Assembly (NCBI RefSeq): GCF_006345805.1
Contig: NW_021831988.1
Location: 124,001-188,000, forward strand
DNA: 64,000 bases
DNA from: Octopus sinensis
Lineage: Eukaryota
Direction: 5' to 3'
Shown: one piece after another, positions 13,234-26,053 of the stretch
Layout: each line of letters opens with the position of its first letter
How positions within the stretch are numbered: position 1 is the stretch's first letter
The notes under the pieces: model-generated
The model's input: the letters and a program-made list of their open reading frames with translations, nothing else
Told to the model about the DNA's origin: nothing
The model's database searches: none
Program-made: the position numbers and the translations under genes

Positions 13234-15041
13234 ATGGTGGCACAAACTGTCAACTCTGCAAACCCTCCAAGCAAAAATGAAGCCAACACTCAATATGGCA
13301 ACAAAGACAAGCCAAAACAAATAAGAAACAGCAACATAGTGGCAGCCAAGGCTGTATGTGATGCAATCCGAACAAGTCTTGGTCCCCGAGGAATGGACAA
13401 AATGGTCCACCAACCCCTCTAATACTCAGATTGTGGGCGACAAAGGAAAAGTCTCCATCTCCAATGACGGGGCCACCATTTTAAAGGAAATGCGAGTCCT
13501 CCATCCTGCTGCCAGAATGCTGGTCGAACTCTCCCGAGCCCAGGACATCGAAGCAGGGGATGGGACAACCAGTGTAGTAGTCCTAGCCGGGACACTCCTT
13601 CAGGCCTGTACCCGTCTTCTAGAAGTCGGTCAGAACTTTAATAACCAGTCCTAGGAGTGTCCCCTTGGGAGATTTGTGAAGGCCTGAGATTATTCTCGTT
13701 GGAGTGTTGTCGAGTTTTGAGGAACATGGCTTCCCCAGTTGACATGACTGATCACAGAAAACTCCAAAATATAGCCTCCACTGCTCTCAACTCGAAAGTC
13801 GTGTCTCAATACTCCTCCGTTCTTTCTCCCCTCTGCGTCAACGCGGTTCTCCAGGTGAGGAGACCGGACAACAGTGTGGACCTGCAGGACATCAAGATCT
13901 TCACCAGACAGAGGTAATCCACGGCTAGCATTGACAGTGGGACGGTGGATGACAGTCAGTTATTCCACGGACTGATATTCCCCAGGATTAGTTCGACTGA
14001 CGTGCCTAAGAAAATGGCCAAAGTGGCTTTAATTCAGTACTGTTTGTCTCCCCCCAAATCTGACGTTGGTTGTATGGCTGAATATGCAGATGGAATTCAC
14101 TGTCAATGTGTCGGACTATACTCAAATAGACCGAGCGTTTAGACAGGAACAGGCTTATATTCTGGAGAGGGTCAAAGCTATCAAGGCAGCTGGAGTTGAT
14201 CTGCTTTTGATCCAGAAATCTATATTGAGGGACGCCACCAACTCGATGGCTCTTCATTTCCTTAAGAAATTCAATATTAGAGTGGTGCGTGACATTGAGA
14301 GGACAGATGTGGAGATTATATGTAAAGTATGTATATATGTGGACAATTCAGGCGTTCGGATGTAGACCCATTGCCAGTCCTGATCATCTTTTGCCTCAGA
14401 ATCTGGGAATATCTCCACTTATAGAGGAAACGATGGTGGGGGACAGTAAAGTGTTGAAGGTCTGTTTTTTGTGCTGAATTGGCAGGCTGCTGCCCAGACT
14501 GGTGCACACGTGACCAGCATTCTTTTGAGGGGGTCGAATGAGATGGTTTTGGAGGAGGCTGAACGGTCTGTGCACGACGCCTTGTGTGTGATTCGTTGTT
14601 TGGTTAAGGAGAGGTAGTTGGGGGTGTTGAGGGTAGTTTTGTGGTGGCAGGAGGGGGAGCCACTGAAATTGAGTTGTCGCTGGCATTGAGTCGATATGCC
14701 TTGGGACTGAGTGGGAGTCGGCAGATGTGTGTGTCGGCCTTTGCGGAGTCGTTGGAGTTGATTCCGTACACGTTGGCGGAGAATGCAGGTCTACAGCCGA
14801 TATCGACGGTGACGAAACTGCGGAATGCCCACAGTGAGAAGGGAGGGGAGCAGATGGGGATTGATGTTGGGAAGGGATTGGTTGGTTGTATGATCCAGGC
14901 CAATGTGATTCAGCCACTCACAGTCAATACTAGTGCTATTACATTTGCCTGTGAGACTGTGTCTAACATCATGAAGATTGATGATGTGGTTGTCTGCTTT
15001 TGTCACATTGTCTGTAGATTATCACACAGGGCAGATATTAG
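13234..15041 (+). CDS. CCT4: Chaperonin CCT/TRiC subunit delta, about 8 tiny introns
   Basis: [52 protein letters not shown]; AGDGTTSVV; [20 protein letters not shown]; MKIDDVV. Confidence 0.97.
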
Positions 15042-17584
15042 TCACTCTGGTTGTTCGGTTCATGATTTCTTGTTATTTTTGTACGTATTGTCTGTAGGGA
15101 GTAGTGTATAGTCTTGCTAGTGATTTTGATTAGTTGGGAAGTAAGCAATTTGTCGCATTTGTGTTTTATGATTTGTTGTTTCGATTATGAGTTTGAACAA
15201 ATTTGCTGAACTTGTTTTCAAAATTGTTATGTGAGATTTAATGCAGAAAAATCGAACCTAATTCAAGGGAATAAAATATTTTTTTGTCCGTAGTAATTTA
15301 AACTGAGCCATTCTTCAGTCGGGACCATTTTGGTTTTATCAAATTTTAGTAGAAGCTTCTGGTAGGGAGCTGTTCTGATAAGAATAATAGTTATCAAAAT
15401 GTATGGAAGTATTACAGTAATTATATGACCTGGAGAATGAAATATTTCCCTCACTCCACGAATCCTTGTAAAGAGCTGAATTTTTAAGTTTGTTTCATTT
15501 ACTAAGGAACTTCCAACCAGTTTAAACAATCATGTTTTCAAAATTAGTTTATTTTTAATTCACTCATGAGATAACTATTAGGAAATCACATTGACTAATA
15601 AAGAATTACTTCATTCTATGTTATCTATGATATTTATTATTTAGATATACAGTGTTAATTTCCAGATGAGCTATTTATATTTAAATTGGATTTTCAATTT
15701 ACTTAAAATTTGAGTTGGTAACTACAGTCGAGAAACTTGATGAATTTTACGATCTTATTAAACCAATCAATAATAATACTTTCAAAAATTTTATACTTTC
15801 ACAAATTTATACATTGAATAACCCCAACAATTTTGTTTGTGGCGGAGGATTCTAATACATGTTAATTTTTAATTTAAGGCATAAATTTAAATTAAAAACT
15901 ATAAATTACTATTTATTAGAATTAGTCATCATTTTTAAAAAAAACAGAAATTATTAAAATGAGTCATTAATTTTTTTCATAAAAAATTGATTTAGTGAAT
16001 AGATTTATTAAATTATATTAAAATATCGTATAAGTATCTCTCATTTTTTAAAAAGGAAGACTTTTATTGTTTCACATTATTATTAATTGCACATTCGCAA
16101 CAACAAGAAAAAAAAACTTTTCGTCGCTTGTGTCACACCTTGAAAGATTTTGTCTATTTTTGTCTGTTAGACACCTATTTTGCGGAGGCTGTCTACATCT
16201 GTATTTTCTAGTGGCAATCAGACATGCTTGAGGTCGTTATTTAAGATTAGTGGTAGTGTGGCCTGCCTCAAAAAATCCCAGAGCATTGAAAGTGTGTTTC
16301 CATGATATCATTGAAAGTATGTGCCAAAGAGTCCCCATTGGCTCTTAGTGATAGTTGCATCTAATTGTTCTGCTTGAAAACGGAGTATAGATCTTGGTTC
16401 TTGTTTCACAATAAGTGTGTAGAACAAGAAAATTAAAGATGATAGAAACACTAAAACTATTAAAAACAATCCATTCTAAAAATTGATTATTTTGAAAATT
16501 AGTAATTACATTTTTCGAATTATCATCACTCATTAGTATAATTACTTTAAATTTCTATAAAACGAGTTTTTTCGTAAAAAATAAAATCGCGAATGTTGGA
16601 ATATTTCAAAAACCTAATAAAAACCTTATCAACATACAAGAAATCAATTCGAATAGCAAATTTAATATCAAGCATAATATTAACAGTAAAAATTGAATTA
16701 TATTCGCAGACAATGAGCCTCACTCTTTTGGGATGCAGCATTCGATATTCCATTAATAACCTCCCTCTAATCATTATCCGAGACACACAAAGCATTCGGG
16801 AAATATCTATTTTGGGGATATTTACTGTCATCCTTTTTTGTATGGCACTCACTGACTGGTTGGCTGTCGTCTATAACTGGCAATTCATCATGAAAATTGT
16901 AATTAATTTTTCTTTATTTTTAGTTTTTGCTATTTTTCTTGTTATCGGCTGTGATATTTCCATGTATTTATTTCACAATTAGCACTCATTCCAAAGTGAT
17001 TTCAAAAATAAGTGAGACTTTTCACTGGGTTTTTGAATGAGAAAATACATTTGCTTACAAATTTATTATTATTTTTTTATTATGAACATAAATAAAAATT
17101 TATTCTTGTACTTTGTTTGTACTAGCTTAAAGACAAAATAGGACTCCATAAAACTATTTAAATATTTGAATAAATTTTAATGTTTCTAATTTAAAAAATT
17201 TATTTGAAAAACAAATGTTGATTTAAAAAGTTTCTAGTGATGAAGGCGTGTTTTTTATTTTCTCAGAACACGCAAATTCTGACAGCATTTTTTGAGTTTG
17301 AGTAAACCACAAAAATATCCATCATTTACTAGATATAATTACTTCGATTTTAAATGGTCAGAAAACACACTAATTCTAAAAATAGTCAATAACCCAATAA
17401 ACCGGCCTCTAGTCAAAAAATTCAACATGAAAAATGCAAAAATGTTACCCAACAGTTGTCACGATCTAACAACAACCAAAGTGAATATATATTTTAAATA
17501 TATTTATTAAAATTAAATTACAAAAAATATTAAAAATCCAATTATTAATAATAGAAAGGATTCTCATTAAAATTTATGGTCGAA

Positions 17585-18460
17585 ATGACAAGTGAAGAAA
17601 AGCACACTGACATTGAGACCCCCATGGAATTTCTAGGGGAAACAAAAGGGCTGTGTGTTTTTTGTTCCTTCTCGTTATTCCGAGTGTACTGCCTGGGAGA
17701 TAACTGACTATAGTAATAAAGTCACATTGACCCAAAACCCTGATCTCGGAGAGTCACACTTTTGCTGTTCGTGTCACATTTCTACCCCCAAAGACACATG
17801 TTCAGTGGATGAGTTCAGTATCCGCATCAAACGAGATATCCCTTCAGTCAAATGCTCGAATAAAGTCGTGTCCTGCAAGCGATGTAGTCTCATTCTCGGG
17901 AGAGAGAGCAGTGGTTGTATTCACTGTGATTATTTGGATAGACTGTTTGATTCTCCACAGTGAGCTTGTATTGCTACAACAGAGTCCTCTAAATTGGTAT
18001 TGTTGATATTGACGGATAGTTTTCCGTGTGGTGAAGACTCGGTGGGGATTCGACTGATGAGAAATGTCATTTCGTACTGTTCTTCTAATAGTATCTATCG
18101 AATATTGCTTACGTCAAAAACTAACCTTAATTCGTCTTTGTATATATTTTTTACAAACACGGAGATTCTGCGAGGTGAGATGCGCCTCGATGAATCAGAC
18201 TGTTTTGACGTGGATGATTTGATTGTTAATAAAAGACGTATTTTATACAAAATTATTCCTCGAAAAATGGAGTGAAGATGAGTTTTAATTTGTAGTAAAT
18301 TGGACTTTTATTGCGAGAAAGTGAATGTGTCATCGTACGGACTGTCCTGTCTTTTGCATTATTTAAACAATCTGACGATGAGTTTGTTGAATGGTGAGAG
18401 ACTAGTCGATGAGTATTTTGTATTCACTGGCTTTAATCACACTAGATTGCATACTTCTGA
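17585..18460 (+). CDS. Probable UBE3D-like (HECT_2 domain) protein, multi-intron
   Basis: CxxC pairs (FCCSCH, SCKRCSLILG), RILYK and a C-terminus LSCLLHYLNNLTMSLLNGERLVDEYF-IAYF* resemble recalled UBE3D architecture. Confidence 0.5.
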
Positions 18461-18570
18461 AGGCGTACTTAACTTTGTAATGTCTTGTGTCTTTTTATTG
18501 TAATGAAAACAGTACATTTTGCTGAATAGTTTTTACTCAATTTCTAAAAGTCTGTATGATTACTCATAAG

Positions 18571-19430
18571 TAGGGCAACCAAAAGTCGATAAAGTTAATT
18601 TAGCAAAAATAATTATTCTTATATAAAAAGACTAGAAATACAATTTTTATTTTAAAAAACTGAAAGTTTTTTAGTCCAACTTTTTCAATTTGTGTGTCAT
18701 TTTTTAATTTTATGTCTAAATTTTTTTTAATGTAAATATCAATTTTCAGCCATGGTGAGTATTATTTGGGTCAAAAAAATCTATATTTTCGAAAGCCTTG
18801 AGAATTATCCAAGAGTTTTCCAATGACTTTTCAATTACCCCGATAAAGCATTATATTGTATTTTATGCGATATCTTTACATGTCATTTATTTATGCAACT
18901 TGTCATACAGATGGTTGAAAAAATATTTTTTCACTAAATCTATTTTTTCATGGAAAAAATTAATGACTCATTTTAATAATTTCTGTTTTTTTAAAATGAT
19001 GACTAATTCTAAAAAAATAGTGATGACATATAAACGAATCTAAAAAGACGATTCAAACATTTCTTCCCACTACTGTTGATACGAATTATGTTTCAGTAAA
19101 TATAACTGAAGCATTTGTTTCAGCAAATATTCTGGCTACATGTCACTTGTCAACAGATCATTTTTACAAGCTCACATGATTCATGTGGATATAATCATGC
19201 GTTACTCGTTTGGGACGCATTTAATATTTTTAGCGCTATTTCTGAATTTTCAACATGTTCTCTCTAAAATGTTTTTCCCTATATATAATAGGTTTTGTGA
19301 AAAACTAGTTATTTTCATGGGTAATGAAAGTGAAATGAAAACTATTGCAGATTTTATTTGTCGAAATTGCTATTCTGGAATTTGTAAACTGCAATATGAA
19401 TGTTTACACTGTTAACAGTCTTGTTTCACT
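18571..19430 (+). mobile_element. Truncated hAT-like element (left TIR plus transposase remnants)
   Basis: TAGGGCAACCAAAAGT at 18571 matches the TIR of the 58544-61243 element. Downstream TEAFVSANI-type remnants. No right TIR seen. Confidence 0.55.
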
Positions 19431-19444
19431 TATTTCCCCTGCTC

Positions 19445-19800
19445 GTAAGGAGACGTGGTCATGCCGTCTCTCCTATTTAGCCCAACCGGCTCGAGGATTG
19501 ACGGAACAGCCGCGGAATGATTGCGTTGAGTTCACTGTGGCGAGGGGCACGACCGACACTCCGAAGATAAGCGTGAGGATGCATACCGTACTTGTCAACA
19601 TTTTCTCCACAGCCGTATTTGTGCGCTTGACAGACCTTCAGTCCGACACGAAGGAAGATTGCAATTCTTAAGCAATCGCTTTCCACCAGATTTCCGTTAT
19701 TGGTTAGAAACCAGTGCAATTAGTTTTGATGGCCAATCTGACAGGCATTATGTCGCGTCCCACACGAGCTACCCATCCCATGGTTGCTACATGTCACCTG
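19445..19800 (-). mobile_element. CRE-clade non-LTR retrotransposon fragment (zinc-finger/RLE region)
   Basis: LRIAIFLRVGLKVCQAHKYGCGENVDKYGMH...GRAPRHSELNAII, then EPVGLNRRDG, matches the recalled CRE CxCG..D..G.H...GR..RH..LN motif. Confidence 0.72.
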
Positions 19801-20445
19801 TCAATCTATCATAATGTCTGTCACAGTGACTGTCAAAATTAATTTCATTGGTTTCTAATCAATGATCGATTTAACAATAAAAAATTTGTTAAAATAAAGC
19901 GTCTATGCTTTTTTTACTTGATTCATATTAATTATTTTACAGAACGTGTTTTAATCTGATATATATAATAATAAAATAGACCACTAGTGGATTATATGAC
20001 AAAATTTGAATAATTTCAGCTGGTTCTCCATATGGGGATTCAAATCTGTTTAGCTTAAATGAAATATTTGTCCCATAATCCTTTAAAACTCGAACCTATC
20101 AATTATTCACCAAACTTACTTCATTCCCAATTGAAAAATCGTATTTCGATTGATGAACATTCATTTTTTTATTCATTCGTTTAAAATCCGATGAATTTAA
20201 ATTCGGTAGAGAAAAATTCAATACAAAATCATTATGATCCAAGTTTTTTAGCATACTTTATACAAAATTTACTTTAAACATCTGAAATATTTTTTACATT
20301 TAAATCCTCAGATGTCAGTGGATAAAAATTGTCACGCGCCATAACTGAAACGGGCGCCAGACGTGTAACAATTTGGCCTTGCATTTTAACCTTCAAATGT
20401 CATTTAATTGTTTAATTGTTAATTGTCTGCCGGTAACTATTATTT

Positions 20446-21330
20446 TTGCAAATGAGAATAGCTAATGCAGTCAAAGATGATAATGAATATAATGATATTC
20501 TTCAGTATTTACAACATGAGAAATTTCCAGAGCGATTGTCAAGAACACAAAGATCAAGATTTTTAAAAAAATGCAAGAATTTCATTTTAATCGGAGGTAT
20601 TTTCCTATCTCATTTCAGGAACACTTTATTTTAATGAAATAAATGGTGAAAATAAGCAAGTAATTTGTTTGAATGATCACGAAACAATGAAATATCATTG
20701 TGATCGGATTCATTCTCAGTTTCACTTTGGATTAAACAAGATGGAAGAATACTGCAGAAATAATTTTCTTCTTATAAAAAGATTCATAATCAGAGAAGTA
20801 ACTTCTATGTGCCCAAAATGCAAACAAACTGATCCATTGATTAAAAATAAGTCTACAATTGTTCATATTGTAGCAAAATCACCACGAGAACGGTTTCTTA
20901 ATCATTTATTCTAGGTACCAGATTGATTTGGTTGATCTATCACTTTATTCTTTTTTAAATAATTCATATAAGTATCTAATAAATGTAATCGACATTTATT
21001 CCAAATTCAGTTTTGCAAGAGCTATTCTCAATAAGGAAGCTGTTACAGTATCAGAGTCCCTAAGACGTATTTTTGATTCTTATGGCCCCCCAAAAATAAT
21101 CCAAACTGACAATGGAAAAGAATTTGTGAATTCGGAAATAGATTCCTTATGCCAACAATTTAAAATAATCCATAAGAGAGGACGACCAAGGCATCCCGAG
21201 TCTCAAGGCCAAGTAGAGCGTTGCAACCAAACTCTGCAGATGGCTTCAAAAGGAACTATTTGGAAAAGAAAAGATATGGACTGCTGCATTAAGCAATGTA
21301 GTATATAGATACAATATTTCTGTACATTCT
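20446..21330 (+). pseudogene. Integrase-like transposase (HHCC plus DDE) with two 22-nt introns (20597-20618, 20893-20914); 3' frameshift
   Basis: Spliced HSQFHFG...CPKC...SPRER-YQIDLVD...VIDIYSK...IQTDNGKEF...HPESQGQVERCNQTL. Confidence 0.85.
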
Positions 21331-22061
21331 GCAACTAAACTATCACCATTTATGTCATTTTTTAATACGCGAGGATATAATGTTTCCTACTTTGACCAGG
21401 AAGCAAGCTTAGAGGAAACTGAAACAGAAGACATTACAAATGAATCATACATTTCTCGTATGGAAAGAAATAGTTCACTCCAAAATTGCCAAATCGAAAA
21501 TTTTAAAGTTGGAGATCACGTTTAAAAAAAGATTTTGATACGAATCAAAAAACTAAAAAAGGAAATTAGAATCTTTTTTCTTCGAAAAAACTTTTACTAT
21601 CAAAGAATTAATTTCCCAAAATAGAATAATGATAGAAAATGAAGATGGAACCGAAAAAACAGTTTTTTACTCTCAAATTAAAAAAATTTAAATAAATTGT
21701 TTTGAAATTATTTTTAATAAATCCCTGTACAAATTGAAAAATAGTAGATTGAAAGTATGTTGAGATAGTATCTATATCAAAAATGCCGCGGCCGAAGGCC
21801 GCATAGGGGAATAGTAGCTATCTTAAAAATTTCGGCCGAAGGCCGTTAGGTAGGTAAGGCTTTATTTGATCAGAAAATCTCTTCAGTATTTCCTTAAAAA
21901 TAAATTAAATTTAAAGGAACTTCAGCTATTGTCCAAATAAGAGAATGATAACAAACTTAAAGATTTTAAACTACATTTTTAATATTAAAGTAGACTAGGC
22001 CTTTATAATTCTTTAAGAATTTTCATTATTTCTATCATTTTATATTCTAATTAAAAGGGAA

Positions 22062-22379
22062 TGGAAAGAAATAGTTCACGTCGAAAAGATAAAAATACAT
22101 AAATATTCTTCGCTCGCGGACCGCTACCGCGTTACGGCAATCGCTCTGGAGACCGCTGGAGTTGCAGAAAAGGAGACTGACTCGTTCCTCAAAGAGGTCG
22201 GGCAGTCCATCGGGAGTAGGCTCAAGGACTTGAGAGAGAGCCTCTGGTTCCGCCAGCGCATCGGCCTGGCCATTGTTCGGGGCAACGCACACTGCGTCCT
22301 CGCCGCTGGAACTTAACTATTTTCGGTGTTAATTGTTAAAAAAAAAAAAAAAAAAAATTAAAAAAAAAAAAAAAAAAAA
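22062..22379 (+). mobile_element. 5'-truncated CRE-like retrotransposon with poly(A) tail and 13-bp TSD, nested in the Ginger-like element
   Basis: LETAGV...FLKEVG...ESLWFRQRIGLAIVRGNAHCVL*; A-tract at about 22338-22381; AATTAAAAGGGAA at 22049-22061 and 22380-22392. Confidence 0.8.
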
Positions 22380-24254
22380 AATTAAAAGGGAAACAATAAC
22401 AAATTTTTAGAATGAAATTTATTAAAATAAATATTATTTTTTTAAAGATAATTTATCAAATTTAATGGATAACCAATATTATTTTTTAAATAAACTTAAG
22501 TACATTATATGTTGTTCATTAGATGTTGTTGTTCATTAGTTGTTTCAGTTATGGCGCGCCACATTATTTCAAAGTTTTGTTAATTGCTAATCAAGGTCAT
22601 TATGCGGTTTTCTCAAGGTCAAAATGTTACACGTCTGGCGCCCGTGTCAGTTATGGCGCGCCACAAAAATTATCCAAACTCTCACTTTCTGTAAAATTTA
22701 AAATTAAAAAACTTTTATATTCATGAATGACAGTGTTTATATCAGAAACTCCTTCATTTTTTAAATGGTGTTTCGTTTATAGAAGAATGAATAGTTGTGC
22801 TATATATAAAAGTGCTTCGTTTAATAAATTGGATCCAATTTTAGCTGATTTTTCACTCATCAGCTTTGAAAGATTTCGTGTCAAAGTTTGATTAAACCTT
22901 TCCACGATACCCTGAAACAGATAAATATTTTATCATTACTTGTGATTGAGGATGATTTGGTCTTTCATAAATATGTTTGATTTTGTTTTTAAGGCAGAAA
23001 GAATCAAGATAATTATTCTTAAACTCCGTTCCATTATCTGTTTGTAGAATCTCACAAAAGCCGATTTTTTTGGTGATATAAATATCAATGACTGCAAATA
23101 TCCTTTTGTAGCCATCATTTGAATCGTTAAATTTTTTAAGGTCTATAAGGTCTCCTTGGAATCGTTCATTTGGTCTTTTGGCAATTACATGGAATTTAGA
23201 ATCAGAAACCTGCTATTAATTTTATACTTTAAGTGGAATAGAAAACTTGTAAATTGAGCATTTTTTGACAACTCGTTCTATAATTTTCCGCTTTATTGTA
23301 AAATGAGAGTGTAAATATTCCTGTTGCAGTTTACGAATTCCAGAATGGCTATTTCGATGGATAGAATCTGCAATAGTTTGCATTTCACTTTCATTATCCA
23401 TGCAAATAACTAATTTGTGCTTTTGAAATCTTTCGTCTTTGAAGTATAAGCGGTCATTGATAACAATAAATTTGGCCGATTTTTTTGTTAATTTATATTT
23501 TATCTGCCTTGAGAATGTCTGTAAAAGTTCGCCATTTCAGATACTCACTATATACCATTTGATATAGATTGATATTCTACGATATTTTTCACAAAACATA
23601 TTATTTATATATAGGAAAAAACATTTTAGTAAAAACATGTTTAAAATTAAGAAATAGCGTTAAAAAATATTAATTATGTCCCATGATAAAAACCACATTA
23701 ATTATGACAAGAAAAAAGAAGGACGATAAAAATAAAATCTCGTTCTTTTGTCATTACTCCAAATTCGAGAGGCTCTAGTTTACATTGTATAAGTGCAATG
23801 TCTGCTTCAACATTGTTTAATTTTCAATGCAAAAGAGGTTCTTACAGAGAAGATTGTAAAAAATGGATGAAAGAGTTAATGGAACAATTAAATACTAAGC
23901 TAAAAATTCTCCCAGAGTGTTAAAAATATGTAAGTCGCTAAAAGGGGGAATCCATATTCGGAGAGCAAATAAATCAATAAAAATGAAGAACTTTTAAATA
24001 ATTTAAAGAAGATATAAAATGAATAATTCCCACTTTTTGATTGTAATGAAATTGAGTCAAGGAATTTCTCTATCCAAAAAGCTTACAATTTTCTGAGAAA
24101 ACTTGATTTAAAAAAAGATACATGTAAAATAAATGATTATTGCTTGAAAATAATCTAAAGAACTTCTTTTTCATTTTGGTCGATTTTCCTCTTTTTTGAA
24201 TCAATTTTGTTGACTTTATGGAGGTCAATTTTTGATTTTTAAGGCCGAAAAACC

Positions 24255-24338
24255 AGCTGACTGTACCGGAGGGTATCCATAACAATCTTGCGAGGTAACT
24301 CGTTTGCTATCCGCGATGCAGCCACTAGTGAATCCTGA
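24255..24338 (+). mobile_element. CRE-like 3' micro-fragment
   Basis: GC-rich patch translating LYRRVSITILRGNSFAIRDAATSES*. Confidence 0.6.
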
Positions 24339-24545
24339 TTTCCTTTTGACAAAATCGTTTTAATTAAAAAAATTTACACCGTAAAAAATTTTGTTGACTT
24401 TATAAAGGTCAAAGTCAAAGTGGTTATAGATATCAATTCAATCTGGACTATTTCTATCTCGCAGACTGGGTCATTACAAATATATTAAAAACAATGATTG
24501 AAAAACAAGAAAAGTATGTATTAGGAAAACCAAGAATAACTAACA

Positions 24546-25985
24546 TTAGCTAACCGTCTTGTATCGCATAGCCTATTATAAACAAAGCAACACAAACCTT
24601 ACAAAAGTCGTCATGAAGTGACAAGCAGAACTCAATTCTCTTATTAAACGCCTCAATTGGCTCAGCCGACTTATACGCGTCCTCAGGAGGGAGTGTCATC
24701 AATGTCTGTCTTTTATCCACAAGTTGTGCATCAATTACTTTAGCAGAGATTGCCTGCACAACTCATCACCCAAACACACCTTCTCAATATAATGCCGGCA
24801 ATCATCCGACACTAATTTAGCCGCAATATCCGCCACGGAAATCCGCGAATATGCCGCACAAATAGACCGGAGACCAGTCTTGATAACATTATGGTGAAGT
24901 CTGGATATCAGACTCAACGTCCCCTCTTCTTTAAACCTATCAGCATACGTCTCCACCACTGCTTCAAATCTGTCGATTCGGCCAATTTTGACAGCTGGAA
25001 TGACTCATAACCCCCACCATATGCCAGCTTATAATAATGTGTCAATGCATTTCTCAAACTGTCCTGAAAGAACAACTTCCTCTCAGGAATGTTTCCCATC
25101 AGCAGTTGGACCACAACCAAATATTTGGTAACCTTGGACAGTCAACTGACAGTATTCACCGATTGGTGGAACCCGACTGCTCTGTTTTGGGGTGCCCGTC
25201 TCAGTGCCATTTGAAAACAGTCAAATGCTTCAGAATAATCGAGTTTGATGGCTCGAATCCTCCCAATGTAGTACAAATATCGAGCACACTCATCATTCGA
25301 TGCATTGGGCGGCCACTGCATTATCGTCATTTTATCCGCCTGTTCATATCTGTTCTGCAGAATAGAACTCCGCAGCAACAAGTTAAGAATAGTGGCCTGA
25401 CTGTCCGTATTGGAATACTGCAAGGCTCGGTCGTAGCATATTTGGAGCATTCTGAGAGTAATGGACCAATTTATACGGCACGATTGTATCGAGACTCTCA
25501 TCTGCCTCATATGCCATCGAACAGTAATAAAAACATTTTGGAGCAATCAGTGAGATTGTGAAGGGGTCGCCAGCCTTAAGACTCATCACATACTTCATTA
25601 GGAGTTGTGCAATCATCGCACTCTCTCTTCTCCACATGTATACCATCAAAGTCAGCACACCGAGATAACAATATTGGACTGAGCCTAATGAAATAAGATT
25701 ATTTCCCTTTGTTTATATAAAGGGGGGTTTACTGGTTTGAACATGTCAAGGACTGTTTCATAGCCTAAGGAAATGTGGAGAAATGAAGGGTCTTTTATTC
25801 CGTTTCGGATTTGTTTTAATTTGCGAAGAGCTCGAATCACACTTTTCCGGGAATCGTGACAATTTGATGAAACTTTTAGACTTTTGTATTGAACTTGGAG
25901 GCCTGCGTGGTTTAATATTGGCTATACTTTTTAGCAGTTCTTCCTTTGTTAGTACACAGCTATCTTCAACCTCCATAGACTCCAT
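24546..25985 (-). CDS. PSMD3: 26S proteasome regulatory subunit Rpn3, multi-intron
   Basis: TILNLLLRSSI...ARYLYYIGRIRAIKLDYSEA...ALRRAPQNRAVGFHQ; VVQLLMGNIPER; RLHHNVIKTGLRSI; AFNKRIEFCLSLH...K-AMRY. Confidence 0.93.
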
Positions 25986-26053
25986 AACCACACCACAAGA
26001 CGACACGATTAAATAATACTATTTTTTACAACTTATTTTTATAAACAACAAAA

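Larger units (their letters stand above)
20319..22676 (+). mobile_element. Ginger/GIN-like (Gypsy-type integrase) DNA transposon bounded by about 60-bp imperfect inverted repeats
   Basis: tggataaaaattgtcacgcgccataactgaaacgggcgccagacgtgtaacaatttggccttg is the inverted match of 22614-22676. It encloses an integrase. No TSD seen. Confidence 0.75.

Noticed and set aside
14396-14917. Long antisense ORFs over CCT4, PSMD3, EIF5B and PRPF4 (for example 14396-14917, 25037-25561, 46552-47079)
   Set aside because: They are shadows of real genes. The strong G/T skew makes the opposite strand stop-poor and P/T/H/Q-rich.
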